Shown: positions 9,400 through 18,845 of the stretch, in pieces
How the letters are laid out: each line of letters starts with the position of its first letter
How positions within the stretch are numbered: the first letter of the stretch is position 1
Origin: Candidatus Hadarchaeales archaeon
GTDB lineage: Archaea; Hadarchaeota; Hadarchaeia; Hadarchaeales; WYZ-LMO6
Length of the DNA: 64,000 nt
Assembly: GCA_038851755.1 (NCBI GenBank)
Contig: JAWCKR010000002.1
Location: 1 to 64,000, forward strand
Reading direction: 5' to 3'
Notes under the pieces: model-generated
Databases searched by the model: none
Told to the model about the DNA's origin: nothing
The model's input: only the letters and a program-made list of their open reading frames with translations
Position numbers and translations under genes: made by a program

Positions 9400-10392
9400 T
9401 CATCTCCTAAGACTGGTGTCCCTGGCCAGGATGGGAGAGATCTCCTTCTTGAGGGTCTCCAGGAAGGTGTCGAAGAGGTCCACGGGAACGGAGGCACCCG
9501 CGGCCCCCTCGTGCCCTCCACCGGACCCCCCTATTCTTTCCACTATGCCCCTCAGGAGCTCGTTGAGGTCGATCTTCACCCCGGCCTTCCTCCTGAGGCT
9601 CATGTCCACCTCCTTCTCACCCCTCCTGGTGGCCATACCTATGTCGGCACCAGTGACCCCGATGCAGTGGAAGGCGGCCTTGCTCAGGGAGCCCGAGGGG
9701 AGGTCGAGCACCATGGCCAGGTTTCCCTCCCTCACCACGTGCTTCTTCACGTACTCCCAGGTCTCCCACTCCCTCTTGGTGGCCTTGGTGGCCCTCTCCA
9801 GTATCTCAGGGATTTCCATGGGTGGCGTGTTCTTGGCCAGTAGCTCCACCACATCCCTCTTGTAATGATAGTCCCCCGGCACCTCCCCCAGCGCCTGGCT
9901 CAGGAGGCCGGCTTCCATGTAGATGGTGTGCCGGTTGTACTTGTTCAGGGTCTCCAGCACGAACTCGGTCTCCTCGCAGTAGTCCCCTATGGCGCCCCAG
10001 AGGGCCACCCGGTCCAGATAGGGGTCGAGGAAGGGCTGGAAGAGCCTGAAGGTGAGCTCTGAGGTGCTGGCCCCGATCTCGTGCACGAACTGGGTACAGG
10101 AGACGTCCTTCTTGAGGGTGCGGGGCGGGAGGGGGTGATGGTCGATGTAGAGGACTTCCCCCTTGGAGGAGAGTTCCCCCATCCGCTTGAAGATGGCATC
10201 CTTCTGGGTCTCGTTGATGGCGATGTCCAGGACGATGACGGTGCTCCCCTCCTCGGCCTCCTCCAGGTCCTTCAGGAGGGTCACGGGCCTCGTGAACCAG
10301 ACCTCCGCCTTGGGGAAGCGCGCCTTGGCAAGGGCGGCGGAGCAAACCCCGTCCGTGTCCCCGTGGGCCAGGATTTTGAAGTTCATCATCAT
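9400..10392 (-). CDS. DHH/DHHA1 phosphoesterase
   Basis: HGDTDG, LDIA, IDHH and C-terminal GGGHEGAAG. Confidence 0.88.
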   Translation of the reverse strand: MMMNFKILAHGDTDGVCSAALAKARFPKAEVWFTRPVTLLKDLEEAEEGSTVIVLDIAINETQKDAIFKRMGELSSKGEVLYIDHHPLPPRTLKKDVSCTQFVHEIGASTSELTFRLFQPFLDPYLDRVALWGAIGDYCEETEFVLETLNKYNRHTIYMEAGLLSQALGEVPGDYHYKRDVVELLAKNTPPMEIPEILERATKATKREWETWEYVKKHVVREGNLAMVLDLPSGSLSKAAFHCIGVTGADIGMATRRGEKEVDMSLRRKAGVKIDLNELLRGIVERIGGSGGGHEGAAGASVPVDLFDTFLETLKKEISPILARDTSLRR

Positions 10393-10455
10393 ACTTCTCC
10401 TCCCGGGATTTAACACTCGGGCTCAAGGTTAAATCGGCGTTTACCGAGGATAATT

Positions 10456-10568
10456 GGGCCCGTAGCTCAGCCAGGTTAGAGCGCCCGACGACCCTCGGGT
10501 CGGGCGAGGCTCATAGGCTTGGCTGGGAGACCGGGTGGTCGGGCGTTCGAATCGCCCCGGGCCCACCA
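10456..10568 (+). tRNA. tRNA with CAU anticodon, most likely tRNA-Ile2, with two introns: 10488-10508 (position 30/31, 21 nt) and 10516-10529 (position 37/38, 14 nt)
   Basis: Spliced: GGGCCCG-TA-GCTC-AGCCAGGTTA-GAGC-G-CCCGG-CT-CAT-AA-CCGGG-TGGTC-GGGCG-TTCGAAT-CGCCC-CGGGCCC-A-CCA. The GGGCCCG acceptor is typical of archaeal tRNA-Ile. Both introns have BHB motifs, and TTAAAT lies about 27 nt upstream. Confidence 0.9.
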
Positions 10569-10606
10569 GCTCAGGACCCTTATAGGGGAGAGGGAGAGGT
10601 TTCTTG

Positions 10607-11842
10607 ATGCCGGACTGGGGGAGGGGGGTTTCCGCTGATCTGCATCTTCACTCCAAGTACTCGGGGGGGACCTCTTCCAGGATGGAGGTGGACACCATCT
10701 CCCAGCAGGCATCCCTGAAGGGCCTGGGCCTGGTGGGCACGGGTGACATCCTGCATCCAGGCTGGAGGAAAGAGGTCAGGGAGAGGCTGGAGGAGGTGGA
10801 GGAGGGAACGCTGGAGCATCCACGTTACCGCACGAGGTTCCTCCTCACCGGGGAGGTGGAGGACAGCAGGAGGGTCCACCACCTCCTCCTTTTTCCTTCC
10901 TTCTCCGCCGTGGAGGAAGTGGAGAGGCTCTTCTCCCGGAGGTCGGAGGACCTGGGGAGGGAGGGGAGGCCGCACGTGGACCTCTCCCCCCCTGAGGTGG
11001 CGGAGGCGGCCCTCTCCGCGGGATGCCTGGTGGGGCCCTCCCACGCCTTCACCCCCTGGACCAGCCTGTACAAGGAGTTCAACAGCCTGAGGGAATGCTA
11101 CGAAGACCAGGCGGACAAGATTTCCTTTCTGGAGCTGGGATTGAGCGCGGACACCTCCATGGCGGACCGCATCTCCGAACTGTCCGGCCTGACCTTCCTC
11201 TCCAACAGCGATTCCCACAGCCCCTGGCCGGAAAGACTGGGAAGGGAGTTCAACAGGTTCGGCATCCAGGAGCCCACCTTCGAGGAGGTGAGGAAGGCGG
11301 TGGAGAGGAGGGAGGGCAGGAAAGTGGTCCTCAACGTGGGCTTCGATCCCAGGCTGGGGAAGTACCACCGCACCGCCTGCTCCCGCTGCTTCAAGCAGTT
11401 CGAGCTGGAGAAGGCCAGAGAGCTTGGATGGAAATGCGACGAGTGCGGTGGATGGGTGAAGAAGGGGGTCTGGGACAGGGTGAACGAGCTGGCCGATCTG
11501 CCCGAGCCTTCCTCCCCTCCCCATCGCCCCCCCTACCTCCGCGTGGCGCCCCTGGCCGAAATCCTGGCCCTGGGCTGGGGGACTGAGGTCCGTGATCCCA
11601 GGGTGAGGGAGACCTGGAGGAAGCTGGTGGAGAGGTTCGGGTCGGAGATAGAGGTGCTGGTGGACGCTCCGCCCGAGGAGATGGAGAAGGTGGTGGAGAA
11701 GAGGGTCTCGGACCTGATCATGGCCTTCCGGAGGCAGGAGCTGAGGGTCTTCCCGGGGGGTGGAGGCAGGTACGGCAGGCTGGAGCTGCCTCCCCACCTC
11801 TCCAGACGGGTGGGGCAGCGCACCCTGGGGGATTTCACCTGA
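10607..11842 (+). CDS. Endonuclease Q family (PHP domain plus Zn finger; TIGR00375-like)
   Basis: DLHLHSKYS, GTGD, HAFTPW, ELGLSAD, SNSDSHS, GKYHRTACSRC, GGGGRYG. Confidence 0.85.
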   Translation: MPDWGRGVSADLHLHSKYSGGTSSRMEVDTISQQASLKGLGLVGTGDILHPGWRKEVRERLEEVEEGTLEHPRYRTRFLLTGEVEDSRRVHHLLLFPSFSAVEEVERLFSRRSEDLGREGRPHVDLSPPEVAEAALSAGCLVGPSHAFTPWTSLYKEFNSLRECYEDQADKISFLELGLSADTSMADRISELSGLTFLSNSDSHSPWPERLGREFNRFGIQEPTFEEVRKAVERREGRKVVLNVGFDPRLGKYHRTACSRCFKQFELEKARELGWKCDECGGWVKKGVWDRVNELADLPEPSSPPHRPPYLRVAPLAEILALGWGTEVRDPRVRETWRKLVERFGSEIEVLVDAPPEEMEKVVEKRVSDLIMAFRRQELRVFPGGGGRYGRLELPPHLSRRVGQRTLGDFT

Positions 11843-13133
11843 GCCAGGGTGGAAGTAGGTCCAGCCTGGTGAGGTCCCTGAAGGTCTCCCTTCTCCTGAT
11901 CAGGGCGGCCTTCCCCTTCCTCACCATCACCATGGCCGGGCGGGGCTTGGCGGTGTGCTGGTTGGACATGGCGAGCCCGTAGGCCCCCACATCGAAGACC
12001 ACGGCCAGGTCCCCCCTCTCCGCCCTGGGCAGCAGCCTCTCTTTCCCGAGGAAATCTCCGGACTCGCACAGAGGACCGGCCACGTTGGTGAGGGTATCGT
12101 TCTTCAGGTTCATCTTGTTGGCCAGCTCTATGTGGTGGTAGGCACCGTAGAGGGCAGGCCTTATCAGGGCGTTCATCCCGGCGTCCAGAGAAATCCAGCG
12201 CGGGAGACCCCTGCGCTCCTTGGTGTACTCCACCCTGGCGAGGAGGATTCCGGCGTCTCCCACGATGTACCTGCCCGGCTCGAATACCAGGAGATGTTCC
12301 CCCATTCCCCTCTCCTCCTCCACCCTCTCCACGGTGGAGATCACCCTCTCGGCCAGCTCCCCCAGGTTGATCTCCCTGTCCTCGGGCCGGTAGGGGATGC
12401 CCACCCCTCCCCCCAGGTCCACGAACTCGAGTTCTATCCCGAGCCCTTGCAGTTCGGCCACCACCCCCATGACCTTCTCCGCTTCCTCCACGAAGGGAGA
12501 GGGGTCGAGGATCTGTGAACCTATGTGGGCGTGGATCCCCACGATTCTCACGTTCTTCATCCCCTTGGCCCTGCGGTACGCGTCCAGGGCCTCCCCGCTC
12601 CCCACCTCGAAGCCGAACTTGCTCTCCCTGAGCCCGGTGGCGATGTAGGGGTGGGTAGGGGCCTTGACGTCGGGGTTCACCCTGAAGCTTATCCTGGCCT
12701 CCGTTCTCATCCTCTCGGCCAGTTTCCCCACCACCTCCAGTTCCTGCAGGTTGTCGATGTTGATGGTCACCCCATGCCTGAGGGCCAGCTTCAGCTCCGC
12801 CTCGGTCTTCAGGTTCCCGTTGAAGACCATCTTCTCTCCCTCGATCCCCGCCCGCAGGGCTATCCTCAGCTCGTTTTCCGAACTCACGTCGGCCCCCGCC
12901 CCTTCCCTCGCCAGCACCCTGACCACGGCGGAGTTGGAGTTGGCCTTCAGCGCGTAGCAGAGGCGCACCCTCCTGCGGGAGAAGGCCTTCAGGAACCTCC
13001 GGTAGTTGTCCCTCATGCGCTCTTCATCCATCACGTACAGGGGGGTCCCGAACTCCTCGCAGAGCTCGACGGCATCCACCCCCCCGCAGACGAGGTGTCC
13101 CGCGGGGTTCACCCTGAAGTGCGGTTTCAGCAT
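11835..13133 (-). CDS. lysA: Diaminopimelate decarboxylase
   Basis: FGTPLYV, YALKAN (PLP Lys), SKFG, HIGSQI, EPGRYIV, GPLCESGD, GAYG. Confidence 0.95.
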   Translation of the reverse strand: MLKPHFRVNPAGHLVCGGVDAVELCEEFGTPLYVMDEERMRDNYRRFLKAFSRRRVRLCYALKANSNSAVVRVLAREGAGADVSSENELRIALRAGIEGEKMVFNGNLKTEAELKLALRHGVTINIDNLQELEVVGKLAERMRTEARISFRVNPDVKAPTHPYIATGLRESKFGFEVGSGEALDAYRRAKGMKNVRIVGIHAHIGSQILDPSPFVEEAEKVMGVVAELQGLGIELEFVDLGGGVGIPYRPEDREINLGELAERVISTVERVEEERGMGEHLLVFEPGRYIVGDAGILLARVEYTKERRGLPRWISLDAGMNALIRPALYGAYHHIELANKMNLKNDTLTNVAGPLCESGDFLGKERLLPRAERGDLAVVFDVGAYGLAMSNQHTAKPRPAMVMVRKGKAALIRRRETFRDLTRLDLLPPWLR

Positions 13134-14488
13134 CAGCACTTCTTCGCTACCTCCTCCACGGCCTCCCTCAGGATGGCAAGACCCTTCTCCAGTTCCTCCT
13201 CCGAGATGATCAGCGGCGGGGCTATCCTCAGGGAGGACCTCCCCCCGCGGAAGAAGATGGCCCCCCTCTTGAGGGTGGCCTGGATGACCATGTCCCTCTC
13301 CTTCGTCCCGTCCTTCTTGTTCCCCTTCTCCTTCACGAATTCCACCGCCAGCATCAAACCCTTTCCCCTCACCTCCCCCACGATGGGGATCTCCTCCTCC
13401 ATCTCCTTGAGGTAGCGCAGGGACTGCTCGCCCAGCTTCCTTGCCCTCTCCACCAGCTTCCCCTCCTCCAGCAGCTTCAGACCCTCTATGGCGGCCGCGC
13501 AGGCCACCAGGTTGCCTCCGAAGGTGGAGGCGTGGGCACCAGGCTCCCAGTCCATCACCTTGGAGCTGGCGATGGTGGCACCTATCGGCGCTATCCCCCC
13601 TGAGAGGGCTTTGGCCACACAGACGATTTCTGGCACGACCTTCCAGTGCTCCACGGCGAACATCTTACCGCTCCTCCCCAGCCCCGTCTGAATCTCGTCG
13701 GCTATCAGCATCCACCCGTATTCGTCACACATCTCCCTGAGCATGGGAAGGTACTCCGGGGGAGGGATGATGTACCCGGAGTTGCCCTGGATGGGCTCTA
13801 TGATCACCCCCGCCACCTCCTCGGGGGGTATGACCCTCTTCAGGTACTCCCTTATGAACTCCACGCAGAGGAAGTCGCATCCGGGGTAGCTCTGCTTGAA
13901 GAGGCATCTGTAGCAGTAGGGATAGGGCATGAAGCTCACGCCTGGCACCAGGGGGAAGAAGTACCTGTGGTGGAGCACGTTGGAGGAGGAGAGGCTCATG
14001 GCCCCGTAGGTCCTCCCGTGGAAGGCCCCTAGGAAGGAGATGATCCTGGGACGGCGGGTGTGCCACCTCACGCACTTGAGGGCGGCCTCCGTGGCCTCCG
14101 CCCCAGAGTTGGCCAGGTAGACCCTCTTGGGGAAGCTTCCCGGTGTGATCCGGGCCAGACGCTCGGCCAGTTCCACCTGGCTTTCGTAATAGAAGTCGGT
14201 CCCGGCGAAGTGGGTGAGCTTTTCCAGCTGTCTTTTCACGGCCCGAATCAGGCGTGGGTTGGAATATCCGTAGTTGAGGACGAACATCCCGGAACTCATG
14301 TCCAGGAACACGTTGCCGTCCACATCCTTCACGTAGCACCCCCACCCTTCTTGGGCCACCACGGGTTCCGATCGGGTATAGGAGGGTGACATCACACGCT
14401 CGTCCCTTTCGATGATGGCCTTAGCTCGGGGACCGGGTATGGGGCCCTTCACCCTGGGTTCTTTAGCCCACTTGGGACGGGAAGCCAT
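13133..14488 (-). CDS. Class-III PLP aminotransferase (4-aminobutyrate/acetylornithine aminotransferase-like)
   Basis: DVDGNVFLD, NSGAEA, FHGRTYG, EPIQG, DEIQTGLGRSG, AKALSGG, STFGGN. Confidence 0.9.
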   Translation of the reverse strand: MASRPKWAKEPRVKGPIPGPRAKAIIERDERVMSPSYTRSEPVVAQEGWGCYVKDVDGNVFLDMSSGMFVLNYGYSNPRLIRAVKRQLEKLTHFAGTDFYYESQVELAERLARITPGSFPKRVYLANSGAEATEAALKCVRWHTRRPRIISFLGAFHGRTYGAMSLSSSNVLHHRYFFPLVPGVSFMPYPYCYRCLFKQSYPGCDFLCVEFIREYLKRVIPPEEVAGVIIEPIQGNSGYIIPPPEYLPMLREMCDEYGWMLIADEIQTGLGRSGKMFAVEHWKVVPEIVCVAKALSGGIAPIGATIASSKVMDWEPGAHASTFGGNLVACAAAIEGLKLLEEGKLVERARKLGEQSLRYLKEMEEEIPIVGEVRGKGLMLAVEFVKEKGNKKDGTKERDMVIQATLKRGAIFFRGGRSSLRIAPPLIISEEELEKGLAILREAVEEVAKKC

Positions 14489-14542
14489 CAGGCTAACTTT
14501 GGACCTTCCCTTTAAAAATAGTTCAGAGAAGCAGGAAAGAGG

Positions 14543-15142
14543 ATGCGGAAGAGGGTGGCTGTCCTGGATTACGGGATGGGCAACCTCAGGAGCGTCTATA
14601 ACGCCCTGAGGGGGGTGGGAGCGGACCCCTTCTGGTTGACCTCACCGGAGGAGGGGGGGAGGGAGGAGTACATGGTCATCCCCGGGGTTGGCGCTTTTGG
14701 CAGGGGCATGGAGCGGCTGGCCCCCTTCGCGCGGAGGATAAGGGAGGCGGTCGAAGAGGGGGTGCGCTTGCTGGGGATATGCCTGGGCATGCACGTGATG
14801 TTCGAGGGCTCCGAGGAGGCCAGGGAAAGCAGGGGACTGGGTCTCCTGGGGGGGAGGGTGGAGAGGGTGCCCACCACCGAAAGACTCCCCCACATGGGGT
14901 GGAACTACGTGAGGAAGGTGGCGGAGTCACCCCTCCTCAAAGGATTGGAAGGGGGCTATGCTTACTTCGTTCACTCCTACCATCCCGTACCCAGGGAGAG
15001 GGAGGTGGTGGTGGGTGTGGCCGACTACGGGGCGGAGGTGTGTGCAGCGGTCTGGAAGGACAACCTCTTCGGGACCCAGTTCCATCCCGAGAAGAGCGGT
15101 CTTTTTGGTCTCAGGGTGCTCAAGAATTTCTTGGGGATTTGA
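14543..15142 (+). CDS. hisH: Imidazole glycerol phosphate synthase, glutaminase subunit
   Basis: DYGMGNLRS, PGVGAF, GICLGM, PHMGWN, YFVHSY, QFHPEKS. Confidence 0.96.
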   Translation: MRKRVAVLDYGMGNLRSVYNALRGVGADPFWLTSPEEGGREEYMVIPGVGAFGRGMERLAPFARRIREAVEEGVRLLGICLGMHVMFEGSEEARESRGLGLLGGRVERVPTTERLPHMGWNYVRKVAESPLLKGLEGGYAYFVHSYHPVPREREVVVGVADYGAEVCAAVWKDNLFGTQFHPEKSGLFGLRVLKNFLGI

Positions 15143-15961
15143 GTGCTCTGCAAGAGGATAATCCCTTGCCTGGACTGCGACTTGGCCGTTCCCATGGGAA
15201 GGGTGGTGAAGGGGGTGGAGTTTGAGCAGATAAGGTACGCAGGGGTGCCCTGGGAGCTGGCGGCGAAGTACTACAAGGAGGGGGCGGACGAGATCGTGTT
15301 CCTGGACATCACTGCCAGCAGGGAGAGGAGGGAAACGATGGTGCATGTGATCGAGAGGACCTCGGAGGAGGTCTTCGTTCCCCTCACGGTGGGGGGAGGT
15401 ATAAGGAGCGTGGAGGACGCCCGCAGGGTCTTCAACGCGGGGGCGGACAAGATAGCGGTGAACACGGCAGCCCTTCAGGACCCCGACCTGATTTCCAGAT
15501 TGGCAGAGACCTTCGGGAGCCAGGCCTGCGTGGTGGCAATAGACGCGAAGAGGAGGAGGGCCTCGCAGGATGACCGGGACAGGGTGGTGGTGGAGGCCCC
15601 TGAGGGGCCCGTCTGGTTTGAGTGCTCCATCTACGGGGGAAAGAAGTTCACGGGGGTCGATGCCGTGAGGTGGGCAATGGAGGTGGAGAGGAGGGGGGCG
15701 GGTGAAATCCTCCTCACGAGCATGGATCGGGATGGAACCACCGAGGGCTACGACCTGCTCCTCACGAGGGTGGTAAGCGAGGTCGTGGGCATCCCGGTAA
15801 TAGCCTCGGGGGGTTGTGGGTCGCCAGAACACATGTACGAGGTTTTCAGGGGCACGGGGGCAAGCGCGGCCCTCGCTGCCAGCATCTTCCACTACGGGAA
15901 GCATGGAATTCGGGAGGTCAAGGAGTACCTGGCGGGAAAAGGAATCCCCGTTCGCCTGTAA
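15143..15961 (+). CDS. hisF: Imidazole glycerol phosphate synthase, cyclase subunit
   Basis: [44 protein letters not shown]. Confidence 0.96.
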   Translation: MLCKRIIPCLDCDLAVPMGRVVKGVEFEQIRYAGVPWELAAKYYKEGADEIVFLDITASRERRETMVHVIERTSEEVFVPLTVGGGIRSVEDARRVFNAGADKIAVNTAALQDPDLISRLAETFGSQACVVAIDAKRRRASQDDRDRVVVEAPEGPVWFECSIYGGKKFTGVDAVRWAMEVERRGAGEILLTSMDRDGTTEGYDLLLTRVVSEVVGIPVIASGGCGSPEHMYEVFRGTGASAALAASIFHYGKHGIREVKEYLAGKGIPVRL

Positions 15962-15962
15962 C

Positions 15963-17300
15963 TCACAGGGTGGGGAGCAGGTTCTGAAGTTCCCAATCCG
16001 TTACCTGTGAGCGGTAGGACTCCCACTCCTGGGTCTTGATGTACAGGAAGTGTTCGAAGAGGTGGTCCCCTATCGCCTCCCTCACGAGCTTGCTCCTTTC
16101 CATGTGCTCCAGGGCCTCTCCGAGGTTGGAGGGGAGGGGTTCTATCTGAAGCTCCCTCTTCTCCTCCGGGGTCATCCTGAAGATGTTCCTCTCCACGGGC
16201 TCGGGGGGATAGATCTTCTCCTCTATCCCCTTCAGCCCGGCGGCCAGCATCACGGAGAACTGGAGGTAGGGGTTGCCGGCAGGGTCCGGGCTCCTGAGCT
16301 CTATCCTGGTCCTCAGCTCCCTCCCGGAGGGGACCCTTATGTATGCACTCCTGTTCCTGTTGGCCCAGGAGATGTACACGGGTGCCTCGTACCCGGGCAC
16401 CAGCCTCTTGTAGGAGTTGACCGAGGAGGCGAGGATGGCGCACATCTCCCTGGCGTACTTCAGCAGCCCACCTATGAAGCACAGGGCGAGTTCGCTGAGC
16501 TGGTATTTGCCCTTGGGGTCGTAGAAGAAGTTCTTGGTGCCGTCAGGGCTCATCAGGGACATGTGGGTGTGCATGCCCGATCCGTTGACTCCGTAGATGG
16601 GTTTGGGCATGAAGGAGGCGAAGAGCCCGTGCCTGTGGGCTATGAGCTTGGTGGTGTACTTCATCATCATCACCCTGTCGGCGGAGGTGAGGGCATCGGC
16701 GTACCTCAGGTCGATCTCGTGTTGGCCAGGCGACACCTCGTGGTGGGAGGCCTCCACCTCGAACCCCATCTCGCTCAGGTGCATCACGATCTCCTTCCTT
16801 ATCTCGTCCCCCCTGTCTCTCATCAAATCGAAGTACCCCCCCAGGTCGGAGGGCTGGGTAGTGGGTCTTCCGCGCTCGTCCACCTGGAGGAGGAAGAACT
16901 CGTACTCCGGAGCCGTGTTGAACACGTATCCTTCCTTTCTGGCCCTTTCGGAGAGCCTCTGCAGGGCGTACCTAGGATCCCCCTCGAACCTGTTGTTCTT
17001 GTGGTCGTAAACGTCGCAGACCATGCAGGCGGTCTTGAGGTTTCCGTTGGTCCAGGGAAGGATGGTGAAGGTCTTGGGGTCAGGCATCAGGCGCATGTCT
17101 GATTCCTCCACGGTGGCGTAGCCCAGCACGGAGGATCCATCGAAGAAGACCCCTTCGGAGAGCGCCCTCTCCAGCCGCTCCACAGGCAGGGTGATGTTTT
17201 TTACCGTCCCCAGGATGTCCATGAACTGCATCTGGATGAACTTTACCCCGGCGTTCTGGGCCTTCTCCACCACTTCCTTCCTTTCCCTCACCGGCATCAC
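15963..17300 (-). CDS. glnA: Glutamine synthetase type I
   Basis: FDGSSV, HHEVSPGQHEI, FMPKP, NGSGMHTH, NSYKRLVPGYEAP, NRSAYIRVP, RIELRSPD. Confidence 0.97.
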   Translation of the reverse strand: MMPVRERKEVVEKAQNAGVKFIQMQFMDILGTVKNITLPVERLERALSEGVFFDGSSVLGYATVEESDMRLMPDPKTFTILPWTNGNLKTACMVCDVYDHKNNRFEGDPRYALQRLSERARKEGYVFNTAPEYEFFLLQVDERGRPTTQPSDLGGYFDLMRDRGDEIRKEIVMHLSEMGFEVEASHHEVSPGQHEIDLRYADALTSADRVMMMKYTTKLIAHRHGLFASFMPKPIYGVNGSGMHTHMSLMSPDGTKNFFYDPKGKYQLSELALCFIGGLLKYAREMCAILASSVNSYKRLVPGYEAPVYISWANRNRSAYIRVPSGRELRTRIELRSPDPAGNPYLQFSVMLAAGLKGIEEKIYPPEPVERNIFRMTPEEKRELQIEPLPSNLGEALEHMERSKLVREAIGDHLFEHFLYIKTQEWESYRSQVTDWELQNLLPTL

Positions 17301-17397
17301 CCTTCTTGGAGGAGGGGCTTATTTAGCTTATTTAACCCCGGGAGCTCCACGGTGTAGTTCTATAAATCGGTATCGAGCGGAAAAGAAAAGGGTAATC

Positions 17398-18321
17398 ATG
17401 AGGAGGTATCTGCTCCTGGTCTTGCTCTTGGTCCTGCCCCTTTTCTGGAGCCTGGGGAGTCCGGTGGCTGGGGAAGAAGCGCCGGCGAAGGTGAAGGTGG
17501 GTGTGTGGATAAACTCTATCGAGAAGGTGGATGTACCCTCCCAGACCTTTACCGTCGACTTCTACGTGTGGTTCAAGTACGGGGGGGAGAAGCCGGACAT
17601 TGAGTTCATGAAGGGAACTCCCACCACCATGACTCTCATCCAGCAGGAGGAGAGAGGAGGGGAGAACTACCTGGAGTACAGGGTCAAGGGTGTTTACGTG
17701 AGCTCCCTGAACTTCAGAAACTTTCCCTTCGACGAGCATCTCCTCACGGTGGAACTCGAGGACAAGCATCGTGGAGTCTCCAAGCTGGTTTTTGAACCGG
17801 ACGAGGAGGAAAGCGGTCTGGATCCCAATCTCACGGTTCCTGGGTGGGAGGTGAAGGACTTCAGGCTCTACGTCGACCAGCACGTTTATCCCGACGAGAA
17901 CTATTCCAAGTTCATCTTCGGGGTGACGGTGTATCGTTCAAAGACCTCAGCTTTCTTCAAGTACTTCTTCCCCATCCTCATCATCACCCTCATCTCCCTC
18001 CTAACATTTTCCATCTCGGTCAAGAATTTTGGACAGAGGGTGGGGATCTGCGTCACCACCCTCATGTCTGCGGTGGCCTACCACCTGGCGGCCCTGAGCG
18101 GCCTTCCCTCCCTTGGATACCTCACCCTCTTCGACAGGATTATGCTGGTTGTCTACACCCTCTTCCTCTACAACCTCGTGGTTTCGGTTCAGGCGATGAG
18201 GCTGGTGGAGGCGGGGAGGGTGAAGGAGGCGGAGGGCTTCGAGACCAGGATGCAGAATCTCCTGCCTTTCCTGGCTTTGGGGCTCTTCCTGGTTTACGTA
18301 CTGGTTCTCGGTCTGCTGTGA
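17398..18321 (+). CDS. Prokaryotic pentameric ligand-gated ion channel (Pro-loop/Cys-loop superfamily)
   Basis: Signal peptide; beta-strands VKVGVWINSIEKVD..TFTVDFYVW; loop A PDIEFM; Pro-loop NFPFDEH; four TM helices with M1 Pro (FFPIL) and M2-M3 loop LPSLGYLTLFD. Confidence 0.85.
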   Translation: MRRYLLLVLLLVLPLFWSLGSPVAGEEAPAKVKVGVWINSIEKVDVPSQTFTVDFYVWFKYGGEKPDIEFMKGTPTTMTLIQQEERGGENYLEYRVKGVYVSSLNFRNFPFDEHLLTVELEDKHRGVSKLVFEPDEEESGLDPNLTVPGWEVKDFRLYVDQHVYPDENYSKFIFGVTVYRSKTSAFFKYFFPILIITLISLLTFSISVKNFGQRVGICVTTLMSAVAYHLAALSGLPSLGYLTLFDRIMLVVYTLFLYNLVVSVQAMRLVEAGRVKEAEGFETRMQNLLPFLALGLFLVYVLVLGLL

Positions 18322-18845
18322 GCTCTCTTTCCAGCTTCAAACCTTGAGGCGAAGTACAGGATGGTGGCTATGGTTTTTGCGTCCTCTATTTTGTTGGATC
18401 TGATCATCTTCAGGGCCCTGGGCAAGGTGGTCTTCACCACCTTTATCTCCTCCCCCCAGTCCCGGTGCGGAGAGGTGGGATGGAGCTCAGAAGCCAGGAA
18501 AGAGTGGAGCTTCTCCGTGCTGTACCCGGGTGCGAGGTACATCTCGAAGAGTTTCTCCATTCTCTCCGCCCTGTATCCCGTTTCCTCCTCCAGCTCCCTT
18601 CTGGCGCACGCCAGGAGGTCTTCTCCCTTCTCCAGGGTTCCCGCCGGTATCTCGTAGATCCACTTGCCTATGGCAGGACGGTACTGTTTCAGCAGGAGGA
18701 TCCTCTTACCTCCAAGGAAAGGAAGAATGGCCACGGCTCCCGGGTGCTCCACCACTTCCCTGAACACCCGTTTCCCCGAGGGGAGGGGGAGATGAGCCAG
18801 CTTGATGGAAACGCGTCTTCCCCTGAAGACATAGCGCGCCCTTAA
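18294..18845 (-). CDS. NUDIX hydrolase (ADP-ribose pyrophosphatase-like); start uncertain
   Basis: REVVEHPGAVAI, QYRPA, EIPAGTLEKGE..ARRELEEETG Nudix box, IEDAKT. Confidence 0.85.
   Translation of the reverse strand, partial: LRARYVFRGRRVSIKLAHLPLPSGKRVFREVVEHPGAVAILPFLGGKRILLLKQYRPAIGKWIYEIPAGTLEKGEDLLACARRELEEETGYRAERMEKLFEMYLAPGYSTEKLHSFLASELHPTSPHRDWGEEIKVVKTTLPRALKMIRSNKIEDAKTIATILYFASRFEAGKRAHSRPRTST

Noticed and set aside
10456-10568. tRNA-Met (initiator or elongator)
   Set aside because: It lacks A1-U72 and the initiator anticodon-stem pattern; the GGGCCCG acceptor matches the Ile type. Elongator Met is not fully excluded.
17301-17397. NrpR operator upstream of glnA
   Set aside because: No GGAA-N6-TTCC site is visible in the intergenic region.
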